Source: Basidiobolus meristosporus CBS 931.73
Lineage: Eukaryota > Fungi > Basidiobolomycota
Assembly: GCA_002104905.1 (NCBI GenBank)
Contig: MCFE01000025.1
Location: 62,001-126,000 of the forward strand
DNA: 64,000 nucleotides
Direction: 5' to 3'
The notes beneath the pieces were generated by a model, which was given only the letters and a program-made list of their open reading frames with translations, had not been told where the DNA came from and ran no database searches. Shown here one piece after another: positions 51,290-63,482 of this stretch. Numbering within the stretch: the stretch's first letter is position 1; every line of letters begins with the position of its first letter. A program made the translations under genes and the position numbers.

Positions 51290-52233
51290 GCTGATTGCAC
51301 CAAATCAATTTAACTCACCCCAGCGCAATAACCTACCAATTTTCAATATACTTTCACATCTGGTCTTTTCTCATCATTCCCATCACTACCACTGGATTTC
51401 TTTTTGACAAATTAGAGGAGATTTATACCATGTACTGTGGACCATCTACCAAAGTCTACTTATGGAGATTTCTTGTTAAGCTTCTCTACTGTTGCAAGAA
51501 CTATTGCCCCAAAAGGCTTCATCCCACCATTTGTGGCAGCAAAGTCCAAGAAGCTTTGACTCCCAGCTGCCAGCAATGGAGAACCACCTTGCAGAGGGTA
51601 TCAATGACTTAGAGCAAGCTTGGAATACTAAGTTTAGAAGCACCAATAGACTTCCATATCCCAGAGTGTTCAGCAACAGGTTCCATGTAGGGAGAATTTT
51701 GGATTCCTCCCCAGTCAGGATCAACAGACCTTCCAGAGGGTAGAAGCACATTCATCCTGGTAAATGCAAGGCACATTGTGTCAAGCTTCTAGCACTATCT
51801 GACATTGAGGGTAACATCATCTGGTTTTGTTGGCTATTTACTGGAAGTAGGCATAACAAAGCACTCTGGATAGAAAATCATCCAGAATTCAGTAGTGGGG
51901 AGAAATTTATCAAAGACTTATTGTACAAAGTCATATATAGGAGAAAGAAGCAGAATTGGTAAAAAAGCTAAGATACTTATCAATATACAGTATATTCATA
52001 CAAGACAGCATCCACTGAGAAAGATGTGTCTGGAGCACTAAGAAGAGTAAAAAATGCAAGGAAATCACTATTCTGAGCAACACAAGAAAGATTAAATAAG
52101 ATTATCAGTAACCACAATCCTACCGCTGGCAATATGGTAGAAATCATAGTGCCAGATGGTGCCATAGAGTGCCTGATTAATCTGGCACTATAAAAGGCTG
52201 GCACTATGTGACACTATACAATGGAACAAGTCT
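51290..52233 (+). mobile_element. PIF/Harbinger-type (DDE_Tnp_4) transposase remnant with right terminus GGAACAAGTCT
   Basis: ILDSSPVRINRPSRG*KHIHPGKCKAHCVKLLALSDIEGNIIW...GSRHN...KFIKDLLY. The terminus matches the foldback element TIR and carries subterminal GTGCCA/TGGCAC repeats. Confidence 0.75.
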
Positions 52234-52280
52234 ACATTAGAGGGGGAGTAAAATGGCTTACATTATTTGATTGGGATAAG

Positions 52281-52395
52281 AATCCCTATGAAAATGATTT
52301 TGGTCCCAATGGTAGATCCAATCCAGTTCAGCTGTCAGGATCCCACAGTGAGTCCATCATAATGCCAGCAGCTTGGACTTATTGGCCCTCTACAC
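52281..52395 (-). mobile_element. Isolated CACTA terminal fragment
   Basis: aatccctatgaaaatgattttggtcc...gatccaatccagttcagctgtcaggatcc, homologous to 18596-18720. Confidence 0.7.
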
Positions 52396-52398
52396 ATT

Positions 52399-53125
52399 AG
52401 CCTTGTTCTGTTTCATAGTATCACATAGTGCCAGCCTGGTTATGGTGCTGGATTAATCTGGCACTCTATGGCAATATCTGGCACTGTAATTTCTAGCCTA
52501 AACCCAGTGGTAGGTTACAGGTACTGGTATTTTTACTCAATCTTAGTTATGTTGCCCAGTGCAATGCTTTTCTTGCTTTATTTACTTATCATAATTCTCC
52601 AGACAAATTTCTCTTGGTAGAAATCTTCTTGTATATGCAAATTGTGCATTAATATGTATCTCAACTATTTTACCAATTCTGCTTTTTTCTCCTATATATG
52701 ACTTTCCTCTGTATTTACCTGCCTACTTGCTTAATCTCTTTAGATATCCAAATGCATACTCTACTCTGACTCTGAAATAATGAAATATTTTTGTTGAGCT
52801 TCTGCCTCCTGCTAAGCACACCAATACTTGGCTCCCTATGAGCTATATTACATCCCAATCTCTGACAATCCTTGCCTATAATAGCTAAGTCTGCCAAACA
52901 TTTCTCCCCTCTACTGAATTCTGGATGATTTTCTACCCAGAGTGCTTCGTCGTGCCTACTTCCAGCAAATAGCCAACAAAACCAGATGATGTTATCCTCA
53001 ATGTCAGACAGTGCTTGAAACTTGACACAGTGTGCCTTGCATTTGCCAGGATGGACGTGCCTCTACCCTCTAGAAGGTCTGTTAATCCTGAATGGGGAGG
53101 TATCCAAAATACTCCCTATAAGTCA
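52399..53125 (-). mobile_element. Second PIF/Harbinger-type remnant, inverted relative to 51290-52233
   Basis: ATT-AGCCTTGTTC terminus. The minus strand reads ILDTSPFRINRPSRG*RHVHPGKCKAHCVKFQALSDIEDNIIWFCWLFAGSRHDEALW...CLADLA. Confidence 0.78.
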
Positions 53126-54105
53126 GCAATTAATCTGGCAATATGTATGTAAGAAGCTGTTGGAACCTCAATTAGAATCAGCTCAAGTTTTAGTGAATGC
53201 TATACTAGCTAAACTCCCTATTCCTCTACAAATCTTATACCAAGACTTGTAGCATTGTCAACAACAATAATTAGAAACCTCCCTCCTAATGAATGAAGAA
53301 GCCTCCCTTAAGATGTCCAAAAATCAATAATGGAAGATTGCCATCCAGCAAATCCTGGTCCAACAGTAACAGTTGCTTCAGATCCTTAGCCAGCAGCAAC
53401 AAGGAGTGACTACCATGGCCCAGAGCTAGCAAAACCCTGTCAAGAGCAACTGTAGTGAGAAGGTCAGCTGGTACCAAGGTAGAGTCAATGAAAGCCTGGG
53501 AACTTGCCTCTTCCAGATTGAAGAAGCTTTTAAGGCTAAGGGAATTGCTCCAGAGAACAAGTTACATTATGCAGCCTCTTGCCTGGCAGATGCTGCTTCA
53601 TAGTGGTATTGCAACAAGATCAGGTCAGCCACCATGATGGGATGCTCTACAATCTCTACCTGTGACAAGTTTGTCTCAGAAGTTCAGGATGCTTTTGAAT
53701 CTCCACACCAGCAGACACTACTAAGAAGAAAGTTGGAGACACTAAGACAGAAAGGAATGGCCAAATATTACGTTCATGAATATAGATATCTACTTGGACA
53801 AATTGAAAGAATGTAACCCTGGATCAAGTGGAATATTTTATTGATGGGTTGAAAGAAAGAACTGCAAGGAAATGGATTATTGAAGAAGCTATCATTATTG
53901 CCATTGAATATGACTCAGCTATGTTTGGAGTTGGGAAGCCCACAATGACTAATTGGAGAGGCTACAATCACTATGAAAGAAGACAATCAGAGTCAATGCC
54001 AATGGAAATAGATGCTATGCAGAAAAATCCTACCTCAGAATAATGTGAGAAGTAAGGACTTTGCTTTAATCGCCACCAGCAGGGATATATTGCAAAGTAC
54101 TACCC
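53126..54105 (+). mobile_element. Gypsy-family 5' fragment (partial LTR plus decayed gag)
   Basis: LTR tail ...ccctattcctctacaaatcttataccaagacttgtagca, followed by QQILVQQ, FESPHQQTLLRRKLETLRQKG and PMEIDAMQKNP. Confidence 0.85.
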
Positions 54106-54107
54106 CT

Positions 54108-55255
54108 TGTCTTTGCAGTACATCCTTGCAATCTGCAAGTGTGCTTCTTGAGCACTCCTCTTGAAGAAGTGCTGCAACCTCTTAGTGTGCCTATTAATGT
54201 TCCAAGATCCCACTTAATGCATTGAGATAGTGTTTTGAGCTCTTGAAATTGTAGCCTTATCTGTCAGTAGGATCTCCACTCTGTCAACAGTGGAGGATGT
54301 GGAGGCTGTGGTAAACATATTACCTTTTCCTGCAAACTCATCTACCTTGCTGGAGTGTTGCTCAACTGGCCACACTTCCAACTCTTGTGAATACAGCGGT
54401 TTTCTTGTTGATAATTCTTCTTGGCTATGGAGGGATTCAGTCTGCTCCAGGCTTGCAATATTTTTTGGCAAAAACTGCAGTTTTTTTGCATGCCTCCCTA
54501 TCTCAAGCATGGATAGACATTTCCCATTTACCTTGTCCTTTATCTCTGATAGGTCTTTCACTGCTACTTTGTCCAAGTGCTTTTTATGATGAACTATGTT
54601 TTCTCCTTGATAAATTCTGCTCTGACACATCTGTTTTGGCCTACTTGTCCCTTGCTGGCACACTTCTGGCAACCTGACATTTCTTTTCTGCTTGTTTCAG
54701 GCTCTCAACCATGGATGGGATTGGCTCCTGTAAAAGCTGCTGGTTTTCATCACTGCCTGGTCCTTCACTGCTGCCTTGACTGAGTGCTTCTTGAGTGGTA
54801 CTAAGCTTTTTCCTTGATAAATGTTGTGCTGGTGCATCTGTGACTGCCTGCTTGTCCCTAATTGACACTCTTCCAGCTACCTGGCATATCTTTGACACTT
54901 TTATGGAGATTTAGGCCCTGCTTGTAACAGGCTCTTGAGGAAGTTGCTAGTTTTTAGCCATGGCACCCTTGTTCTTCTGACTTAGATGGTTTCTGCTATT
55001 CTTAACATACTTTCTTGGTATACCAATGGTGGCCCAAAACCCATTTGCCCATTTGAATCCAGGATAATATTCATGGAACAAGTCAAGTGCATTCTGTTTG
55101 GCCTTGAGTTCCTGATGGTCCCATGGTATGCCAGCCTTAAGGTAATGGTGTGCTTGACTTCTGATGGCCTCTTAAATATTTGCCCACTCTTTATTATGGC
55201 ACTCAGCAGCTTCACAGACCTTCAATGTCTTTTGATTTTTAGGCTTTGATATAAG
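54108..55255 (-). mobile_element. Family X copy with a clear 207-bp repeat, cut on the right by the Gypsy LTR
   Basis: CQVAGRVSIRDKQAVTDAPAQHLSRKK...CQVARSVPARDKQ; cttgtccc recurs at 54644 and 54851. Confidence 0.75.
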
Positions 55256-58200
55256 TGTTACAAGTCTTGGTATAAGAGTTGTAGAGGAATAGGGAGTTTA
55301 GCTAGAATTGTATTCACTAAAACTTGAACTGATCTTTATTGAGATTCCAGCAGCTCCTTATATACATTTTGCCAGATCAATTGCCAACTAATTGTATTTT
55401 CTAATGTAGGCTGTGGCTGATTACTCACTTGATTGCATCATCATTGCCCAATAAGATCCTACTTAATATATCTATTTCTGTCTGATAAGGATCTGCTGAT
55501 TCATTGGCTGACTAATGCTACTGATTTCATAGATAATACTGATATACTGATAACCTAAACATATACTAATTGATTTGTCTAAAAATTGATCTAACTTAAA
55601 CATTCAAGGGGCAGATCATAACATGCTCCCCTACTAAAGTTGAGAGGGTTCTTCTGAATTTCTTTTCTTGTGATACCAATATCTTGATGGTTCAGTATTA
55701 TCAGCAAGTCTTGCAAGCTTGAGTCTGTCCCTATGCACTAAGTCTTCCTGGATATTGCCTTGTTTGTCCACCAGTTGGTAAGTTGCAAATGGACATTCTC
55801 TGATGATCTTGAATGGTCCTGTCTATTGTGGCTCAAACTTCTTCTGAGTGTTGTTTCTTAGCAATACAAAGTTCCCAACTGTCAATGCTTCTGGTGCTAT
55901 AGTCTTATCAAATCTCTGCTTCATCTTTTCTGCACTTTGAGATACTTTGGTCTGTGCTTCTTGATGTCTTTGTTCCAGTTGCTGGTGTCTACTTGGCTGA
56001 CTGAGTTCATCTTCTAAGATGTCTGTAAGCTTTGGTTGTGTGAGATCTCCTGGAATCCTTGGTTCACATCCATAAACTAAGTAAAATGGTGATTGCTGGG
56101 TGGTGTTGTGTACTCTGACTCTGCATGCAAAGAGTGCTTGGTCTATATACTCATCCCATCTACTGACAACTCCATTTGCATACTTGGTCAGCATTTTTCC
56201 AAATAATCCATTAAACCACTCAGTGACTTCATTAGTTCTGGGGTGATATGCCAAGGTTTTCAAGTGTCTGGTCTGCTGCATCTCCAGGTCAGCCTCTAAT
56301 GTCTTTGCCATAAAGTTTGCACCTCTATAGGATAAGATCTCCACAGGGCATCCAAAATTCATCAGGATCTCATGGTTAATGAAACTTGCAACTTCTTGTT
56401 CACTGGCTATTGGTACAGCTTTAGCAACTGGCCATTTAGGGGCGTGGTCAATTGCTATTAGGATCCAACGGTTGCATTTCCTGGTAGTTGGCAGTCTTCC
56501 AATAAAGTCAATTCCCCATCTTTCAAATGGTCTTACAGGCTCCAAGGGAAAGAGTTTGGCAATTCTCTGTGATTGGCTTTGGTTGATTTGGCAATTTGGG
56601 CATGTTCTCACTAACTTCTCAATGCCTTGTTTTATTCTGGGCCACCATGTTCTGGCTTTCACAAGACTATAGGTTCCTTCAATTCCAAGATGTCCATATC
56701 CATTGTGTAGCTTATGTATTAAATCCAGGCATACAACATAAGGGCAATAGGCAATAGGGGTTCCATCAACAATTTGGTAGAGTGTTTCATCCTGTACTAC
56801 AAGCTTGCTGGCTTCATCACGGATTATCTTCTTGATATCTATATCCACCTCAGTAGGAATGGCTTGGTCCTCCAAGTACTTTGGTAATAGGCTAGGCCAA
56901 TCTGATTCATGCACCAAGTTGAGTTGTGCAACTTGATCTAATCTTGATAAGGCATCAGCAACCGTGTTGTTTTTTTCCAGGGCAGTAGAAAATCGCCAGG
57001 CCAAATTGCTGAATGTATTCACTCCATCTTGTCATTCTTCTGGAGAGTACCTTCTGAGTAAATATATACTTGAGTGAGGCATGATCAGTCTTCACAGTGC
57101 ATTTGACTCCTTCAATATAGCATCTCCATGTCTTCAAACAGTGTATTATAGCAAGCATCTCCTTCTCATGGACTGGATAGTTTTGTTCTGCTGAGTTCAG
57201 TTTCTTGGATTCAAAGGCAACAGGATAGTCCTTTCCCTTCTGTTCTTGGCTCAGCACTCCACCAATTGCATAATCCAAAGCATCTGTGCAAAGAGTGAAC
57301 TCTTTTCTGAAGTCTGGTATTCTGAAGCTTGGCAGCTTAGCAACTTCATTCTTGAGTGTCTTGAAGGCAGTCTCACAAGCTTTGTCCCACTTGTAGGTAT
57401 TGTCGTTCTTGAGGATATCAGTTAAAGGGGCTGCAATACTTGCAAACAACTTGACAAATCTCCAATAATAGGAAACCATTCCAAGGAATGATCAGAGCTC
57501 TGATATGCTATGGGGCTGCTTTAGATTCTTGATTACTTCCACCTTCTTGGGGTCTAAGGTTACTCCTGTGCAAGTCACTATGTGTCCCAGATATTCTACA
57601 TGCTCCTTGAAGAATTCACACCTGGGTAGCTTGCCGTAAAGCTTGTTCTCTCTTAGCTTCTTCAAGACCTTTTCAATGTGCACCAAGTGATCCTGTTCTG
57701 TCTTGCTGTGTATCAGTATATCATCTAGGTATATTATGTCAAACTTGTCCAGGTACTCCTGGAAGACAGTCTGCATCAGGGTCATGAAAGTTGCAGGGGC
57801 ATTGGTGAGGCCAAAACTCATGACTAAGTACTTGTAATGTCCATATCTGGTCCTGAATGCTGTCTTAGGGATATCTTCTGATTTCACCCTAATCTGGTTG
57901 TATCCTGACATGAGGTCAATCTTGCTGAATATGGTGGCTCTATTAAGTTGGTCCAAAAGCTCATCAATCCAAGGTATGGGGTACTTACTCTTGATGGTAA
58001 CTGAGTTGAGGGCTCTGTAGTCAATGCACATCCCAAGTGCTCCATCCTTCCTTTTCACAAAAAGCACTGGTGCTCCCCAAGGCAACTTGCTGGGTCTGGT
58101 GTATCCTTGCTCCAATAGCTGATTGACTTGTCTCTTCATTTCCTCCAATTCCAATGGACTCATTCTGTAAGGTGTCTTGCTCACTGGAGGGCTATCTCCT

Positions 58201-59880
58201 GTGTCAATGGCATGATCCACATCTCTGACTGGTGGTAGGCTTACAAGCTCATCTGGAATCACATCTGAATATTTCTTCAAGAGAGTCTGGACCTGCTGGG
58301 GTGCTGGGGTAGTGGAATCCTCCTGTAATACTGCCATGAGGAACATCTGGGTACCTTTTCTAAGTGCTCTACAGAACTGGGACTTGCTAAGTTCACTTGT
58401 CTCACACATACTGGAATTGACCAAGTTGAAATCCAGCCTGGCAGGTAATAGCTTGTAGGTCTTGTTGTCCTTTTGGATCGGAGTAGCATGGGTTCTCCAG
58501 TTGATTGATGGATTACAACAAAATAGCCAGGTTTTTCCAAGTACAAGGTCAAATTTGCAGTTCCCAAATATATAAGCCTGTAGGTCTTCTTCATAGTCAT
58601 TGATCTTCATTCTTACTGGCTGGGTAATACAGGTGATTATGTGAGAGTTCCCATCAGCTGTGGAGACTGAAGTTGATTTGGTAGGCTCTGAGTTGATTCC
58701 AGCTTTTAAGGCAAATTGTTCTGACATATATTCCTGTGATGCTCCAGAGTCAATCATGATTTTGGCAGGTACTCCATTGATTACTCCATTCAAGTATAAT
58801 AGCATTCCTGAGTTTGAGGTCATCTGGGATAGGTATTCTTCTGTCATATGGGGGGTGAGTTCTGAGTCTTCTTCAAGTGCATCCTCCATGTAACCATGCT
58901 CCATGGCCTCAATACGGTTAAAGGTTCTTGATGGCTGGTGTCCATTTCTTCTATGAGGGCAGTACTTTGCAATATGTCCTTGCTGGTGGCAATTGAAGCA
59001 AAGTCCTTTCTTCTTACATTCTTCTGAGGTAGGATTCTTCTGCATAGCATCTATTTCCATTGGCACTGCTTCTGATTGTCTTTTTTCATAATGATTGTAG
59101 CCTTTCTGATTAGTCACTGTAGGCTTCCCAACTCCAAACATAGCTGAGTCATAGTCAATGGCAATCTTGATGGCTTCTGCAATAGTCTGAGGTCTTTGAT
59201 AATTCACTTCCTTGCAAGTTCTTTCTTTCAACCCATCAACAAAGTATTCAACTCCATCCAGGGGGTCCATTCTTTCAATTTGTCCAAGTAGACATCTGTA
59301 CTCATAGATGTATTCTTGAACCATCCCTTTCTGTCTGAGTGTCTTTAACTTTCTTCTCAGTAGTGTCTGCTTGTGTGGAGGTTCAAAAGCATCCTAAATT
59401 TCCAACACAAACCCATCCCAGGTAGAGATTGTAGAGCATCCCATCATAGTGGCTGACCGGATCTTGTTGTGGTACCACTGTAAAGCTGCATCTGCCAGGT
59501 AAGAAGCTGCATAATGCAACTTGCTTTCTGGAGCAATTCCTTTTGCTTTAAAAGCTTCTTCAATCTGAAAGAGCCAAGTTCCCAGGTTTTCATTGACTCT
59601 GCCATGATACTGGTTGACCTTCACACTAAAGTTGCTCTTGACAGGGCTTTGCTGGCTCTGAGCCATGGTAGTCATTCCTTGTTGCTGTTGGCTGAGGATC
59701 TGGAGTAACTGTTGCTGTTGGGCCAGGATTTGCTGCATGGCATTCTTCCATTGTTGATTGTCCAACATCTTGAGGGTGGTTGCTTCTTTCTTCAGGTGGG
59801 AGGTTCCTGGTTATTGCCTCTACCAATGTTGCAAGTCTTGGTATAAGAGTTGTAAAGGAATAGGGAGTTTAGCTAGTATC
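55256..59880 (-). mobile_element. Best-preserved Ty3/Gypsy element; single gag-pol frame with few lesions; 5' LTR truncated
   Basis: 3' LTR at 55256-55623 next to PPT AGTAGGGGAGCA; 5' LTR remnant at 59827-~59880; PBS TTGGTAGAGGC. Gag knuckle CFNCHQQGHIAKYC, PR MIDSGAS, RT YLDDILI, RNase H CTDALDYAIGGVL, IN H..YGHLG..CPNCQ, WGIDF and GPF. Confidence 0.96.
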
Positions 59881-61881
59881 TAAGCCTAGATCACCATCTA
59901 ACCTGGATCACTACCTGTATCCATTACTTGATGAATCTTGTATGCTTTCCAGTGGGAAAACAACAAATGGCCATCATGTAAAAGCACATATTATTATCTG
60001 CATTGGAGATACCCCAGCCATCAGCAAGATAGTGGGTCTTTCCAGGAACAATGGATGGTATTGCTGTTGAATGTGTGAGAACCTGGGGATTTACTCCATA
60101 ACTCACACACATTAATATTACCCAAACACCAGCACTAAGAACATCATCTTTCTACAGAAAGAATGTACAGAAGTAAGCATGCAATTGCAGCAAAGCTGGC
60201 AAGCTATAAGCCAATGGCCAGAATATGGAATCAATTGGAAACTGGAGATACTTAAAATGGAGGATATCTGCTGGAGCAAAAGCTCTCCACTGGGAGCAAT
60301 GCATTTGCTTTTCAACAATATCCTGATACTGATCACCAAGTTGTACATGGGGCAACTCAAGCTAAATGAGCCCTTTAAGATACCAGAGAAATTTGAAAGA
60401 ATTGGCATGATATTACAGAGAATCAGCTACCCTAAGAACTTCTCATAGGCTCCAATCAATTTTCATATGCATATGCAACAATACAAAAGCAATTACTGGA
60501 TGAACTGGATATGTATTAATTCATGTGGTGTTCTGAAGCCATTCCTGCCAAGAGTACATTGGAAGCACTGGGAGTTATATGTGGACATTGTAGGATATTT
60601 ATCCAGAAGCAGATCATCAATACCAACTTGACAGATCTACAGCTGTTGTGCAAGGGGTTTGTGATGGGCTTTGAGCAGCTACATTACAAACATAAAGCTG
60701 AACATGAAGATCTCTGCCACTACTGTATCCATTCTGTACTCCATCTTCCATGGTGTGTAGAGAATATTGGGCCTTGCTTCATCTTTTGGGAGTTTCCTAT
60801 GGAGTAGATAAGTGGGGAGATGGAAGACAAGTCAAGCCACAGGTACTACCATATCCCAATCTTATCAAGAGTATTACCTGCAAGTCTGTCATGGATGTGA
60901 TGAGTTGGCACATGGAGGACAGCCAGAAAGAGTTGGAAAATACTGAGGACAAATATGCACATAGAGACACCCATGCCTATAGCATTAAGAAGCTAAGCGG
61001 CCCCAATGCATGGGTAATCAGTTAAGTAATGCAAAGTTGGGTTGGGTGCAACAAACAACTAATTTTTATCAGGAAAATCTACCAAGACTTGCCAGATTTC
61101 TCATGGTCACAAGCCAACTTCTACACCACTCAGTACAGAATTCACACAAACAAAAGCCAGAGCCCACCTATAAGGGGGACTAGAATTCAGCAGGGAGAAG
61201 GAATATATTGGCTAAATACCAAGAAGTTCTTTGCGGATATTCAGGAGATATTCATGGCAGAAGTGGCAACAACCAAGCATATGTTGGCAAGATGTATATG
61301 TTACTAGTAGTACAAGGTATATGGCAACTTTGCAAGTATCAAACTAAAGAGCTGTGAAGTTGAGGTTATAGAAATATGTTAACCCAAGGTAGGAGTGGGT
61401 AAGCAAATAAAGAGGGGTGATTCTACAGTGGAATCTATGAATTGCACAAGGGGAGGTAAAAAAAGGAAATACTATTTGGTAAATTGGCACAGTAGTTTTA
61501 TACATAACTAGCTGTAGGCTGCCATACTGCCATGATAATGCCATCAGCAACTTGCAATGAGGCTGTCAAGCACCGTCAATTTTTTTGCTATACAAGGTAA
61601 TTGAATGTACAGACTGGTTAGATCCATTAAAAATAGCTGTAGAGTGCATCACAACTACAACAATGCCATGCAATTATTGCTACAGCACCAACCAAGCCTT
61701 GTCAAGTTTTATAGCTTTATTTGGCAGTGAAATTAGTTAAATGCCATTGTGAGCAGGTCATACAATTGTTAAGAGGGACACTGATTCCAAGCTGCCTGTA
61801 TTATGATGGTCTCCAAAGAGGATCCTGATGGCTGATCTGAATTGGATCCACCTGCATGACTAAGTTATTTTTCATAGGGTG
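59881..61881 (+). mobile_element. EnSpm/CACTA-type copy G (3' two-thirds) ending in an intact terminus ...TTATTTTTCATAGGGTG
   Basis: PLGAMHLLFNNI and LHLPWCVENIGPCFIFWEFPME. The terminus is the reverse complement of CACCCTATGAAAAATAA. Confidence 0.88.
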
Positions 61882-62924
61882 TTGTCAAGAGGCAGAGGCC
61901 AAAGTGTCCAAAAGTGTAGAGAAAATGAGCACAAGCCTGATAAGACTATATTACCAGTAACTTTGACCATTTAGAGCTTTGTATTGCCAAGAAACAACAC
62001 TTGGACAAGGTTTGCACCACAATAGCCAAGTTCATTTAAGATCATCCAATAATACTCATCTGGAACTAGCCAAAAGTGGGCACACTAAAAAGCCATAGAG
62101 TTGAGGTGATTGAAGTATTTTAATTGCGGTGTGGTGGTGTAGAGATACTCCTGGGAGAAGCTACACAACTCAAGCTGTGTGAGATATCTGATGGGTGCAA
62201 AAACCTCTGTGTCTAAACTGCTGGTGTCTTTGTCAATATGTCACTATGGTAAAAGCTCCTGCTTCTCTAGCTTCCTGGGTGCTCCAAGTGTCTCTAAAGG
62301 CCTCTGTGTGTCTTGTGCACTACCCTGAAAAGCTCCTTGATGGCAGGTCTGAGATGTACTGTTGAAGGCAGGTGCAGTGATCAACTGCTAATCAATAAGG
62401 TAGAAGTGTTACTGATAGAAGGGATGATTTATTGATGAGGGATTGCTTTCCCTTAAATAGTTTTCCTGATTGCCAAGTGATTACTAATGACAAGGTTCTA
62501 GAAGATTCTAGGCATCAGTGGAATTCCTGATGACTTCACTATGAGCTAAAAATATGCCAAGAATGTCCTGGAAGATTCTAAAAGGCACGGCACATCCAAC
62601 CAATCAGGAATCAGTAGTCTGAAACCTGTGCAACATAGAAATACCATATATGGTATTGAAGTGGTAGGGATGGTAACACAGACCTAGGTCATGTGTCACA
62701 GGTACTGACGCAGGTGCTTGCCTTATGTAGATACATATACTGATCACAAAGCTGAATAACATCAGGGATAACTAATGCTAATAACTAATCAGGGTAAACA
62801 TCATATGGGGATAACACTGATAACATGGGCAAAAGAAGAATGGGAAAATACTGATAAGATAATATATGGATAAGTATATCATAATGGCTATATGAATAAA
62901 CTTGTCTGTGGGAGGTATGTTTAC

Positions 62925-63482
62925 CCTACCACAGCGGCAGGTGAGTGTGTTTGTAGAGGTTAGTTAGCAGGAGGCCATAGTTTTTTTGATTCAAACTATA
63001 TGTGATAGACCCAAGGTAGTAGTGGGTAAAAAAATAAAGAGGGGTGATTCTACAGTGGAATATATGAGTTGTACAAGGGGAGGTAGAAAAAGAAAATACT
63101 ATTTGGTAACTTGGCATGGTAGCATTATACAGAACCAGTGGTAGGCCATCATACTACCAATATAATGCTATTGGAGTCTTGCTGTGAGGCTGTTGCAATG
63201 CCATCAAGTTTCTTGGCATATAAGACAAATGGATATCCTTGCTAACTGGATCCACTTAAAGTAGTTGGATAGCACTAAAAGACCGCAACAATTCCATGCA
63301 AATATTGTCAAGTTTTATCCCTTTATTGGTTGTAAATTAGCAGAACACCATCATGATCCCATTATAAGGTCATTAGGAGGGTCACTAATTCCATGCTGCT
63401 GGTATTATGACAATCTCTAAACAGGATCCTGACGGCTGATATGGATTGGATCCACCTGCGGGACCAAATTATTTTTCATAGG
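62925..63482 (+). mobile_element. EnSpm/CACTA-type copy H (3' end only)
   Basis: Homologous to the reverse of 18600-19160; ends gcgggaccaaattatttttcatagg. Confidence 0.85.

Noticed and set aside
27505-55255. Apparent AAG preference just before LTR insertions (27509, 38480, 55255)
   Set aside because: Other insertions (43450, 44693, 17563) do not fit, and the sample is too small in AT-rich DNA.
56955-57022. Frame change between RNase H and integrase at an A7 run, resembling a programmed frameshift site
   Set aside because: The sister copy (~36920) reads YCPGKNNTV in frame. The extra A is a homopolymer indel or sequencing error, and this is not a normal recoding position.
53430-59396. CAG-to-TAG and TGG-to-TAG stops as evidence of Neurospora-type CpA RIP
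   Set aside because: These stop-creating transitions are in CpA context by necessity, so they are not independent evidence; a full context count is needed.
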